Origin: Octopus sinensis
Lineage: Eukaryota
DNA length: 33,372 nt
Assembly: GCF_006345805.1 (NCBI RefSeq)
Contig: NW_021832030.1
Span: 1-33,372 of the forward strand
Direction of reading: 5' to 3'
In this document: in pieces, positions 22,491 to 33,372 of the stretch
Layout: each line of letters begins with the position of its first letter
Numbering within the stretch: the first letter of the stretch is position 1
Translations under genes and position numbers: made by a program
Notes under the pieces: generated by a model
Database searches by the model: none
Told to the model about the DNA's origin: nothing
The model's input: the letters and a program-made list of their open reading frames with translations, nothing else

Positions 22491-22729
22491 AAGAAGATAT
22501 TATGTAGGTAGTTTAATGCTAACACGCAATTCTATATACTTATATGTACGTGCATGCATACGCATGTGTGTATGCGTGCGTGTGTATATGTGTATATATG
22601 TGTGTGTGTAATATACACATGTGTATGTATGTATGTATGTATGTAAACCTATGTTTGTGGAGATATAACGTGTATGTATATATCTTTCTATCTATCTAAA
22701 CATGTTAGAGAGAATTCCTTTAATTTTTG

Positions 22730-22819
22730 TACAATATATATATATATATAATATATTATATTATATATATATATATATATATATATTATGAATATATAAT
22801 ATATATACATATATATACA

Positions 22820-22862
<43 letters not shown>

Positions 22863-23047
22863 TAACATTTATATATGTATATATATATATCTATATATAC
22901 ATAAATATATATACACATATGTCTATATATTATATATATATATGTATATATATGTATATAATATTATATATATATATATATATTATATATATACATATAT
23001 ATATATATATACATATATATATATGAATATATGTATATATATATATG

Positions 23048-23088
<41 letters not shown>

Positions 23089-23140
23089 TATATGTATATA
23101 TGTATATATACATATATATATATGTATATACATGTATATG
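22730..23140. repeat. Degenerate (TA)n tract
   Basis: Read directly. Confidence 0.9.
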
Positions 23141-23345
23141 GAATTAAATCTCTGTATGATAAGATAAAATAAATGCATTATGCCTATATAAACATATGTC
23201 CTGAATATAACTCAAAAACAAGACATACTTATCCGACATTCCAAGATTCTTTATATACATACACACACATATATACACGCTCACACGCAAACATACTCAT
23301 GTATATATATCATATATATTATCTAAATAATTACATAGATTTCAA

Positions 23346-23376
<31 letters not shown>

Positions 23377-23653
23377 TGTTACAAGAAGAAAATATAATAT
23401 ATATATATATGTACGTTTAAATAAACGCATATGTACATATACACACATTCAGAAACGTATACAAATGTATATAAGAAAGGGTGTGTGTGTGTATATATTT
23501 GAGAAACGATTGAATAGACACTAAAATAGACTTGTTGTCGTCGAAATACTGACACAGCAACCATTTCATCATTGGGGATTGTCATCATAATAATGTTCGT
23601 CAATGCTATTGTTGTTATTTTGATATACAACACACACACACACTATATATATA

Positions 23654-23684
<31 letters not shown>

Positions 23685-23879
23685 TGTGTTTAGTTATTCA
23701 ATGGAATCGCTGGAATCTGAAATTATTTCTTCTTTATTCTTCTTTCCTTGTTGTTTTTTTTTGTTGTTGCTGATGTTGTTCTTGTTTTTTGCTTTCTTTT
23801 TTTTTTTTTTTTTTACTAAACTCGGGTAATTCTTTCAGATCTATGGAAATAGAAAATCTTGTAGGAATATAAACAACGT

Positions 23880-24298
23880 CTTCCTCCTTCTCCTCCCCCA
23901 CTCCTCCACCACCTCCTCCTCTTCCTCTTCTTCCCCCTCTCCCTCCTCCTCATTCCCCTCCTTCCTTCTCCTCTTCAACTTCCTCTTCCCCCTCCTCCTT
24001 CTCCTTCTCCTTCTCCTCCACCTCCTTCTCCTCCTTTTCCTCTACCTCCTCCACCTCCTCCTCCACTTCTTCCTCCTCCTTCCTCTCCTCCACCTCCTCC
24101 TTCCCCTCCTCCTCCTTCTCATAATCTTCCTCCTCCTCCGCCTCTTCATCCCCTTCCCTCTTCCCCCTCCTCCTCCCCTTCACCTCATCTTCTTCCTCCT
24201 CCTCCTCCACTTCCTCTTCCCCTCCTCCCTATTCCTCTTCAACTTCCTCCTCCTCCTCCTTCTTCTCCACCTCCTCCTTCTTCTCCACCTCCTCTTCC
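23880..24298 (+). repeat. Polypyrimidine (CCT/CTT) tract, ~420 bp
   Basis: Read directly. The Glu-rich minus-strand ORF is an artefact. Confidence 0.9.
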
Positions 24299-24425
24299 TG
24301 TTACTGAGCTGCGCAAATGAGTACTCCTGTCTCTATCTTCAGGTCACTCTTCCTCATCCATAGTCACCGGTACTTTGTATCTGTCTTGCGAAGTCACAAC
24401 AAGGACCTCAGACAGACAGTACTTT

Positions 24426-24588
24426 ACGCAAACTGGCAGAATCGTTAGGACGCCGAGCGAAATGCTTAGCAGTATTTATCTACAGCTACGCTCTGAACTC
24501 AAATTCCGCCGAGGTCGACTTTGCCTTTCATCCTTTTGGGGTCGATAACTTAAGCACCAGTTGCCTACTGGGTTCGATCTAATCGATA
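24426..24588 (+). mobile_element. Family A SINE, tail lost
   Basis: ctggcagaatcgttaggacgccgagcgaaatgcttagc..ccgaggtcgactttgcctttcatcc..gggttcgatctaatcga, abutting the foldback element. Confidence 0.85.
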
Positions 24589-24917
24589 TTTCAACAGTAC
24601 GTCTATCTTTGTCAAGTTCAAAATAAGAAGTGGCAAAAATTCAAAATTGCAGAAATTTAAATGTAAAGTATGAATGAGAGTGACCAGTGTCCACACGTTG
24701 ATAAGATGACATCATCTGTCTTTAAGTTTCAATTTATATAAAAGGCGAAAAGAAAAAGACAGGATTTGAAACTTAAAGACTGATGATGTCATTCCATCAA
24801 CGTGTGGACGCTGGCTGCCCTCGTTCATTCTTTACATTTAAATTTCTATAATTTTGAATTTTTATCACTTCTTATTTCGAACTTGATAAAGACAGACTTA
24901 CTGTCGAAATATCGTTC
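24584..24917. mobile_element. Foldback element with ~149-bp imperfect arms; hammerhead-like scaffold at the arm ends
   Basis: 24584-24732 pairs with 24766-24914 across a ~33-bp spacer. Scaffold GAAC-uugauaa-a-GACAG-acuua-CUGUC-GAAA-U-A-U-C-GUUC at 24879-24917. Confidence 0.75.
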
Positions 24918-24962
24918 AACCAATAAAATATCTATTACAATTGAATCGCGCTCTTCGTCTTG

Positions 24963-24997
24963 ACTATTATTATTATTATTATCATTACTACTACTAC

Positions 24998-25033
<36 letters not shown>

Positions 25034-25050
25034 TATTATCATTATTATTA

Positions 25051-25086
<36 letters not shown>

Positions 25087-25165
25087 TATTATTATTAGTA
25101 TTATTATCATTATTATTATTACATTATTATTATTATATATTATTATTAATTATCATTCTTATTAA

Positions 25166-25204
<39 letters not shown>

Positions 25205-25302
25205 CATTACTACTACTACTACTATTATATTATTATTATTATTACTATTATTATTATTATTATTACTATTATTATTATTATTATTATTACTACTACTACT
25301 AC

Positions 25303-25336
<34 letters not shown>

Positions 25337-25338
25337 TC

Positions 25339-25370
<32 letters not shown>
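24963..25370. repeat. (TTA/CTA)n array
   Basis: Read directly. Confidence 0.95.
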
Positions 25371-25732
25371 GAATGGTGATGTAATTTTCGCAGTAGCTGT
25401 TGTTGTTGTTGTTATTGCTATTGACCATCTTCTTGTTTCTGCTGTCCTCTGCTGCATGTCTTACAGGCCAGAGATTTGTAATACAACGTCGACTGGTATT
25501 ATTGTTGTTATTGTCAGTGTTGTCCTTTATTCGTGTCTTATATCAATTCGTTCTTATGCAAATTTACTGTTGTTGTTGTTGCGACATTTTCCTTCAATGC
25601 TGAAGTTGACGTTGTTGTTGTTGTTATTGTTGTATATATTGGTGATAATGTTGTGACCGACATAGAAGTTGTCGTTGCTGCGGTTGTTGCTCACTTTTTG
25701 ATGTTTGGTTTTTGGCGATGGTGATTCTCTTT

Positions 25733-25748
25733 GATGATGATGATGATG

Positions 25749-25788
<40 letters not shown>

Positions 25789-25931
25789 GGATAGTGATGA
25801 TGGTGATGAGGATGATAGTGATGATGATGATGGTGATGAGGATGATGTTGATGATGATGATGGTAATGATGCGATGATAATGAAGATGGTGATGATAATG
25901 ATGATGGTGATGATGGCGATGGCAATGATGG

Positions 25932-25975
<44 letters not shown>

Positions 25976-26116
25976 GTGATAGCGATGATGGTGATAAGGA
26001 TGATAGTGATGATGATGATGGTGATGAGGATGATGTTGATGATGATGGTAATGATGCGATGATAATGAAGATGGTGATGATAATGATGATGGTGATGATG
26101 GCGATGGCAATGATGG

Positions 26117-26165
<49 letters not shown>

Positions 26166-26193
26166 GATAATGATGATAATGATGATGATGACG

Positions 26194-26225
<32 letters not shown>

Positions 26226-26277
26226 GATTGTAGGATGATGGCGATGATGGTGGTGATGGCGATGATGATGATGATGT
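25733..26277. repeat. Degenerate (GAT)n array with ~185-bp-period internal duplication
   Basis: The unique variant block gcgatgataatgaagatgg..ggcgatggcaatg occurs at 25871 and 26056. Confidence 0.9.
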
Positions 26278-26292
26278 TCGCAACAGTAGTAA

Positions 26293-26486
26293 TTCTTTCT
26301 ACTATAGGCGGAAACTAAGCCAATTATATCAACCTCAGTGTTCGACTGGTACTTGCTTTATCGACCTCAAAAGGTTAAAAGGCAAAGTGGACCCCAGCAG
26401 AAACTGAACCCAGAAAACGTAAAGACGAACGAAATATCCGCTAAGCATTTTTGCCCGGCGTGCTAACGATTCTGCCAGCTCGCCGC
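26293..26486 (-). mobile_element. Family A SINE
   Basis: ttctttctactataggc..aaaggcaaagtggacc..gctaagcatttttgcccggcgtgctaacgattctgccagctcgccgc. Confidence 0.88.
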
Positions 26487-26494
26487 GTTATACA

Positions 26495-26499
26495 ATAAC

Positions 26500-26562
<63 letters not shown>

Positions 26563-26689
26563 GATGATGATGATGATGATAATAATAATAATAATTACTA
26601 TTATTATTAGTATTATTATTATTATCATCATTATTTTTGTTATCATCATCATCACCATCGTCATTATTATTCCAATTATTATTATTATT

Positions 26690-26733
<44 letters not shown>

Positions 26734-26760
26734 CGTCGTCGTTGTTGTTGTTATTGGTAT
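26495..26760. repeat. Compound AAT/GAT/ATT/GTT array
   Basis: Read directly. Confidence 0.9.
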
Positions 26761-27702
26761 TGCTGTTGCTTCTGTTGTGTAACTGATGTGTTTTAATGCT
26801 ATCCTTGCTTTAAAGTGTCGTCCATTGGTATTACGTACTGTTCATGTAGTTGTTATTGTTGTTACTATTTTCGCTGCTGCTGCTGTTGTTGTTATTGTTT
26901 TTTGTTTGCCGCACCATCACAGAACTAGTTATAAATATTGACTCATCAAACCAACCATCTTGAGATCCTTCAAGCTTCATTTCCTTCCAATTCATTTCCA
27001 GAAGCACTCGGCAGGAGAAAGAGAGAGAGAGGAAGAGAGACAAAGAGAGAGAGAGAGAGGGAGATAGAATTAGGAAGAGAGACAAAGAGAGAGAGAGAGA
27101 CAGACAGAGCGGAGAGAGAGGGTAGTCAGAAAGAGAGGAGCTAAAGGGAAAAAAAACAAAACAAAGAAAACAGTGACGCTTCTCAACTCGTCGTATTAAT
27201 TTTTCATGCTAGAAATAACAGCTAAATTTCGCCCCAAATTACAATGTGCTCTCTGAAAAGCAGGAAGGACTTTCTCGATAATATTGGTCCTACATGTTGA
27301 TTCTAAAAACGAAAGAAATGAAAAGAAAAGAAAATGGGACACAGCCAAAATGTCTTTGATCATGGGTTTCGTTTGGATTATACATGACCTGGGTTTAAAC
27401 AACTATAATAAGTCTAGTATATCTGCAGCCCGACTCCCTCAGTTAGGCTCCCGTTAGGGACTTGGGAAACTTGAAGCATTACGGAACCAAATCAAACTGT
27501 TTAAAATACACACACCACACACACACACACACATACACACATGTACCGCTAAATCCTTTGCGTCCTGTGTTTCTTTTGATACATATATCCTATCACCTAT
27601 ACCACTAGCTGGCATATACAGGTGCTTACAGTTATCAAGTATTCACCCTGAATTTTATATAATATATATATATAATATATATATATATAATATATACAGC
27701 TA

Positions 27703-27759
<57 letters not shown>

Positions 27760-27834
27760 AATATGATATGCAGGTATGTATAATTGATACGCATGTATAT
27801 GATGTATATTGTATATGTATAAGTTCATAGGTGC

Positions 27835-27872
<38 letters not shown>

Positions 27873-28656
27873 ATGCGCGTGTGTGTGTTTGTGTGTGTGT
27901 GTGTGATAAGCCCGCTGGTTTAACGATGGCCACGAGAGAACTGATTTCTGTGAGAGAGTCAGACCTGAAGAGCTGATTTTTACTATCTCTTTGTTTTCTA
28001 TCGTTCGTTTTCTTAACCAAAGCCAAACCACTCCCCCAACCTTCGATCCACCCGTCCTTCCCTGCACCCCTTAACCATCTGCCCACTCCCAATCGTCCAA
28101 ACCACCCACCAATCCACCCCCTCAAAAACACCCCGTCAAATCGCACCACATACAATGGCGACACGGCGTCTAGACGTTAATACAGTAGTTATAAGTTATA
28201 TAATAAATGTCACTTAACCACCAAATATTATCGACTCCACTATGAACAATTGACTCGATATAAATATAAATAATACTTGAAAAATAAACCGTAGCCAGCA
28301 CTGTGATGATGTGGTTTAGTTCAACGATTCTGAAGCAAGACAGACCCAGGGTTAAACAGCGGCAGCAACAACGATGACGATGGCGGCTGTTACGACGAAA
28401 CCGGCGTCGACAACATAAGAGAAATGGCGGCCAAAATCGTTCTTTTGGGCGGGAAGTGGAGTAAAGGGATGTTAGAGGAGCGTAATGAAATTAGTCAAGG
28501 TAGTCTGGATTCAACCATTCTCAGCTGGTATACACATACATACATATACTTGTATACACATACATACAAACATACATGCAAACATACATACATACATACA
28601 TACATACATACATACATGCATACATACATTCATACATACATACATACATACATACA

Positions 28657-28688
<32 letters not shown>

Positions 28689-28737
28689 CATGTATATACA
28701 CATGTATATACATATATATATACTCTCTCTCTCTCTC

Positions 28738-28785
28738 TCTTTTACTTGTTTCAGTCATTTGACTGTGGCCATGCTGGAGCATCAC
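28738..28785 (-). mobile_element. SINE family C 3' end fragment
   Basis: tttacttgtttcagtcatttgactgtggccatgctggagc is the reverse complement of the 12500-12549 end. Confidence 0.75.
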
Positions 28786-28927
28786 GGAGATGCAGCACGG
28801 ACTTTTGTCAGTGAACAGGTCGCGGATTTTAGCGACGAAAATATTTTGACAAATTAAACTTAAATGTTGAAGTGAATCGAACGGCTTTTGTGTGTTTCTT
28901 AAATGGCTTACAAACACCTTCCACGTG

Positions 28928-29055
28928 TATGAGGGGTGTGTGAAAAGTTTCGAGCCTTCGAGGTCTTTGAGCCTTAAAGACTTGTACTTTCATCAGAAGT
29001 CTTGTACCATGTTTTATTTTTTTTTAGGCTCAAGACTTTTCATACACCTCTCGTA
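28928..29055. mobile_element. Tc1/mariner-type MITE, ~30-bp TIRs, TA at both ends
   Basis: TAtgaggggtgtgtgaaaagtttcgagcct versus the reverse complement of the right end TAcgagaggtgtatgaaaagtcttgagcct (5 mismatches in 30). Confidence 0.75.
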
Positions 29056-29137
29056 TATATATATATATATAATAATACCTTTGTATTACTCTGTGTGTGT
29101 GTATGTGTAGATAAATAGATAGATAGATATACATTAT

Positions 29138-29175
<38 letters not shown>

Positions 29176-29184
<9 letters not shown>

Positions 29185-29390
29185 CAAAATGGAACAAGAA
29201 CGCAAAACATCCAGAAGACGATACAAAAAACACGGATGGGTCATTCGAAGCCTTCAATCTTCAGTGAAGAACCGGATCATCCTCGCAATTTCGGCTGATT
29301 AATCTTGAGATTGCTCCAATCTGGCCAGCCCCAAGGAAAAACTAAGCTAAGAGCATTAGATTCCTTGCAAAAACAAAAGCTTCGAATGTC
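29176..29390. mobile_element. Unclassified TA-flanked short repeat, possibly Penelope-terminal-derived
   Basis: Short internal inverted repeat cattcgaagc (29242-29251) / gcttcgaatg (29379-29388). Abuts (TA)n. Family identity is inferred only. Confidence 0.3.
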
Positions 29391-30381
29391 CTAGAGGTAG
29401 TGATGATAGGTGGTGATGGTCGGTGGTGGTGAGGATGGTGGTGGTGGTGGTGGTGGCGAGGATAAAGACGACGATGATGACGCTGGTGGTGAGGAAGACG
29501 AGGATGATGACGGTGGTGATGATGATGGAGATGACAATCATGATGGTGATGGTGTTGATGCTGGGAACGGGTGTAGCTGCGACGTTGTTGGATGGTTTGT
29601 CCGCTGGTCTATTACCCGGGATAGAAAGATGGATTTGTATGTATGTATATATGTATGTATGTCCGTGTGCTTGCGTGTGTGCATGTATGTACACGTGCGC
29701 GATGTGTATATGTGTGTCTGTATGTGTATATGCATGTATGTGTGTATGTATATATGTATGTATGTATGTGTGTATGCATGTATGTATGCATGTATGTATA
29801 TGTGTATGCATGTATGTATGCGCGCGTAAACAGATAGATCGATGGACTTAGATGATCAAGGTGAAATAAAAAGGGTGGGAGAGGGGTCTGATTACGTGGA
29901 CAATCGGGTGTCATCGTTTGGTCATCGATATCGGCGCCAGAATAATACCTTTATATTGCTGATCATATTATTGGCAATCAATCTTTTTAACCCCCGATAA
30001 CAATCTGATTGCTTCGATCAACTCTCCGCCCCAACCCATCCGACGAACCACACAACGAAAAACCAAGCGCTACCCCCTCCCCCAACCCGGCCCACCGTTA
30101 TTAATTAGATCTGATTCTTATTGTTTAATTAACTGGCTGTTATCTAAATATTAAAAGCAATGATATTTTCCTTGATATGCTTCGATATCATTGTTATCAG
30201 ACGAAATCACCGGGACGTATTTCGTTCAAATGCTTCTCTGTGTGTGTGTGTGTGTGTGTGTATGTACTGTGATATCTTATTTTGTGATTTCACATCCTTG
30301 AGATACGCTGTATCCTCCTCCACATCATCATCATCAAAATATCATTATTGTTGTTGTTGTTGATATTATTATCATTATGAA

Positions 30382-30509
30382 GGCGGCGAGCTGGCAGAAT
30401 CGTTAGCACGCCGGGCGAAATGCTTAGCGGTATTTCGCCCGTCGCTACGTTCTGAGTTCAAATTTCGCCGAGGTCGACTCTGCCTTTTCTCCTTTCGGGA
30501 TCGATAAAT
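30382..30509 (+). mobile_element. Family A SINE, 5' half
   Basis: ggcggcgagctggcagaatcgttagcacgccgggcgaaatgcttagcggtatttcg..gttcaaatttcgccgaggtcgac. Confidence 0.9.
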
Positions 30510-30954
30510 CATCATCATCTTCATCATAATCATCATCCCCATTATCATCACAGCCACCACCACCACCACCACCACGGCGACCACCCCCACCCCATATCAC
30601 CTCCATCCCACCACTACCACCACCACCACCACCACCACCACAACCACCACCACCACCAACAACAACACCAACACCACCACCACCACCACCACCACCACCA
30701 CCACCATCACCACCACCATCATCATCATCAACATCACCACTACTATCATAAACTTCGAGACGATCATCAATACCACCACCACCACTGCACCCATCATCAT
30801 CATCATTATCATCAGCAGCAGCACCTCCACCACTATCACCATCATGATGACAACGACGACGACGACAATCACCACCACTACAAACAACAACAACAGCAAC
30901 AACAACACCGATCGAACCAACCGTCACTACAGCCACCACCACCACTTCTGTATT

Positions 30955-31030
<76 letters not shown>

Positions 31031-31034
31031 ACTA

Positions 31035-31065
<31 letters not shown>

Positions 31066-31066
31066 A
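30510..31066. repeat. Compound CAT/CAC/CAA/CTA/CTG array
   Basis: Read directly. Confidence 0.9.
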
Positions 31067-31332
31067 ACATCTAAAACAATTAGCTACACGCTACCAACTT
31101 ATCCTCGATGCCGAATGAAGGCTGGCATTTGTTTTATATATAATCTGGAAAATGTCCTGCAAAGATTTCCGAAATCTATTTTATCGCATTGAGAAAATTC
31201 TTTAAAAGTTCAGTCAGTGAAGAATGCTAAAATAACATTGTTGGAAAATGGTTTGAAATCGATGGGATAATGACTGTTTCTAAAGACGGATTTGAAAGTT
31301 CTTGAAGCCAATACATACATACGTGCATACAC

Positions 31333-31716
31333 GGGAAGCACTCAGTCGGTTACGACGACGTGGGTTCCGGTTGATCCGATCGACGGAACAGCCTACTCGT
31401 GAAATTAACGTGTAAGTGGCTGAGCACTCCACAGACACGTGTACCCTTAACGTAGTTCTCGGGGATATTCAGCGTGACACAGAGAGTGACAAGGCCGGCC
31501 CCTTTGAAATACAGGTACAACAGAAACAGGAAGTAAGAGTGAGAGAAAGTTGTGGTGAAAGAGTACAGCAGGGATCACCACCATCCCCTGCCGGAGCCTC
31601 GTGGAGCTTTAGGTGTTTTCGGTCAATCAACACTCACAACGCCCGGTCTGGGAATCGAAACCGCGATCCTACGACCGCGAGTTCGCTGCCCTAACCACTG
31701 GGCCATTGCGCCTCCA
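31333..31716 (-). mobile_element. tRNA(Arg-like)-derived SINE, family B, tail type 2
   Basis: Head nearly identical to 8990-9122. The tail differs and ends ..gtcgtcgtaaccgactgagtgcttc. Confidence 0.88.
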
Positions 31717-31806
31717 CATATACCTATTAGTATGACGATTAAAGTACATTCGCCATTTCGGCCAACTGATGTTATCCACAGTTACAATCTAATTTTCAAT
31801 TTGGTA

Positions 31807-31926
31807 CGAAACTTTATTCTGCATGACGATCATTTCGACCCATCCTGCAGCTTTCCCCTAATATCCTACCCCTAAGGGACAGCTACAGGATGGGTCGAAA
31901 GGATCGTCGCGCTGAATAAAGATTCG
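31807..31926. repeat. Hairpin with ~51-bp imperfect arms
   Basis: cgaaactttattctgcatgacgatcatttcgacccatcctgcagctttccc pairs with gggacagctacaggatgggtcgaaaggatcgtcgcgctgaataaagattcg. Confidence 0.8.
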
Positions 31927-31952
31927 TATTAAATCAATTTTTCGTTTCCTTC

Positions 31953-31993
<41 letters not shown>

Positions 31994-32001
<8 letters not shown>

Positions 32002-32233
32002 ATATTTCGGAATGGTCATATTGCCAGTTTAGCCAATAAAAACACGCGCACTATATATTTGGTGTTATTTTGCTTCAGTGTTATTTATTTTTTACATTAA
32101 TCTAATCTTATTTCGGCCAGAGTTCTTTCGTCACACTCCTTTGACCGCATCTGTGGTCCTTTGTTTTCTTCTTTCTTATTTGTGTCTCTCCTTACTAAAC
32201 TGGCAATATGACCATTCCGAAATATAACAATAT
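31994..32233. mobile_element. Element with perfect 39-bp inverted ends enclosing a degenerate hammerhead motif
   Basis: 31994-32032 is the exact reverse complement of 32195-32233. Minus 32115-32159 reads GGACCA-cagaugc-g-GUCA-aaggagug-UGAC-GAAA-G-aa-C-U-C-UGGCC. Confidence 0.75.
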
Positions 32234-32286
32234 CTGTTTCAACACACGACTTCACATAAAAAATCTTGCAGAACAAATATTTAAAC

Positions 32287-32329
<43 letters not shown>

Positions 32330-32364
32330 AAATAAATGAATTATTCTCAATAAGGAAATATATA

Positions 32365-32520
32365 TTATTTAGAGATAGCGTCCCCATCATCACACCATAT
32401 AAAAGAATTTTATTTTAATACTTACTACTCATCTCTAAATTTCTCTGCTAGAAATGAGTAGTAAGTATTAAGATAAAATTCTTATATGGTGTGATGATGG
32501 GGACTGCTATCTCTAAATAA
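32365..32520. repeat. Foldback with ~68-bp arms
   Basis: ttatttagagatagc-gtccccatcatcacaccatat..ttaatacttactactcat pairs with 32454-32520 across a 21-nt spacer. Confidence 0.85.
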
Positions 32521-32573
32521 CACACACACACACACCACACACACACACACACACCATATATATATATATAATA

Positions 32574-32693
32574 TATCACTGATCACATGACCGACCAGAC
32601 CATCAGATGTTGCTACACATCGTGGTCACAATGCGTTTGCATTGTTTTAGCCTTCGAATGACGCCACCCCGCTGGCTAAGCGAGCAGGCCAAC

Positions 32694-32694
<1 letters not shown>
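32574..32694 (-). mobile_element. Family B SINE, tail-type-1 fragment
   Basis: Matches 8806-8925 (gaccgaccagaccatcagatg..gacgccaccccgctggctaagcgagcaggccaaca). Confidence 0.85.
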
Positions 32695-32760
<66 letters not shown>

Positions 32761-32821
32761 AATATATTAATAAATAAACATGCATATATATATATACATA
32801 TGTACGTACCTACCTCTACAT

Positions 32822-33075
32822 GTATATATACACGCATATATGAGTACAGGACACCAAAAAAAAACGTCAAACACAATGAGAAACGAAAACATAAACACAA
32901 ACCCAAGGAACTGGACATTTTCTTAAACAACAAAAATATAGAGTACAGGACAAATAACACAAGGAAAAAACCCCTTCTTCAGTCGCCATGGTTTCATCTA
33001 CTCTACGTTTCGAAGGTGAAGGCGAGACGTATCTTTGATAGAAACTTTCCTTCCTGCGAAAAGCAAATCAAATAA
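32822..33075. mobile_element. Unclassified TA-flanked repeat fragment, possibly Penelope-terminal-derived
   Basis: Begins after (TA)n. gagtacaggaca is duplicated (32823 and 32941). The minus strand holds hammerhead half-motifs GAAACGUA and CUGAAGA that do not assemble. Confidence 0.3.
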
Positions 33076-33372
33076 AATTTGAGATCTTTTTGCGGAGGGG
33101 TAAAAATGGTAACAAAAACAGGACAGTAACGACAGTACAAAATATAAACAGTAAAAGACAGGACAAGGAAAATAACAAGACAAGAAGGGCTGTTAAGCCG
33201 AACGAGAAAAAGTATTACGAACGCTATTTTTGAGAACGGCGAAGGAATATATAATTTGCTTCAACCACAAACCATATATGATAAAATAGAAAGAAATTTT
33301 AGGGTAAATGCATAGATTAGTGCCAATGTGCGAAACTCTTGGCACTCGAGTCACCCTGTAACTTCTGCCGAT

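Noticed and set aside
24335-24420. Possible splice acceptor (ctctatcttcag) after the polypyrimidine tract
   Set aside because: No supportable exon, reading frame or partner exon; such sites are common by chance.
27545-27660. tatacaggtg.. resembling a Tc1/mariner TIR start
   Set aside because: No matching opposite TIR found.
29270-29335. Minus-strand GGCUG..CAGCC-GAAA as a hammerhead
   Set aside because: No CUGANGA box upstream of the stem.
32971-33016. Minus-strand GAAACGUA..CUGAAGA as a type II hammerhead
   Set aside because: Stem II could pair (CCUUC/GGGG), but stem I cannot form next to the core.

Overview
AT-rich eukaryotic non-coding DNA, most likely from an Octopus (coleoid cephalopod) genome. 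That assignment is inferred from the tRNA-derived SINE families and the extreme microsatellite load; it is not database-confirmed. I cannot support any host protein-coding exon, tRNA, rRNA or CRISPR array. Nearly all supplied ORFs are translations of (TA)n, (CA)n, (TATG)n, (AAT)n, (GAT)n, (CAC)n and (GA)n repeats. Real content: (1) about 15 SINE copies or fragments in three families, one nested with a 17-bp target-site duplication; (2) decayed coding relics of two RTE LINEs (one ending in two C2H2 fingers), an R4/Dong-like retroelement, a Penelope-like RT and an internally deleted Tigger/pogo transposon; (3) three copies of an unclassified ~555-bp element, always embedded in (AAT)n; (4) at least seven foldback/MITE-like inverted repeats; (5) four hammerhead-ribozyme-like motifs of the minimal Penelope type, one with an intact catalytic core; (6) unique CpG-containing islands with promoter-type motifs (E2F, CCAAT, YY1, an ETS-CRE composite). 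The best candidates for an undescribed system are the microsatellite-targeted retroposons and the hammerhead-bearing short elements. All structures were read by eye and need computational confirmation.
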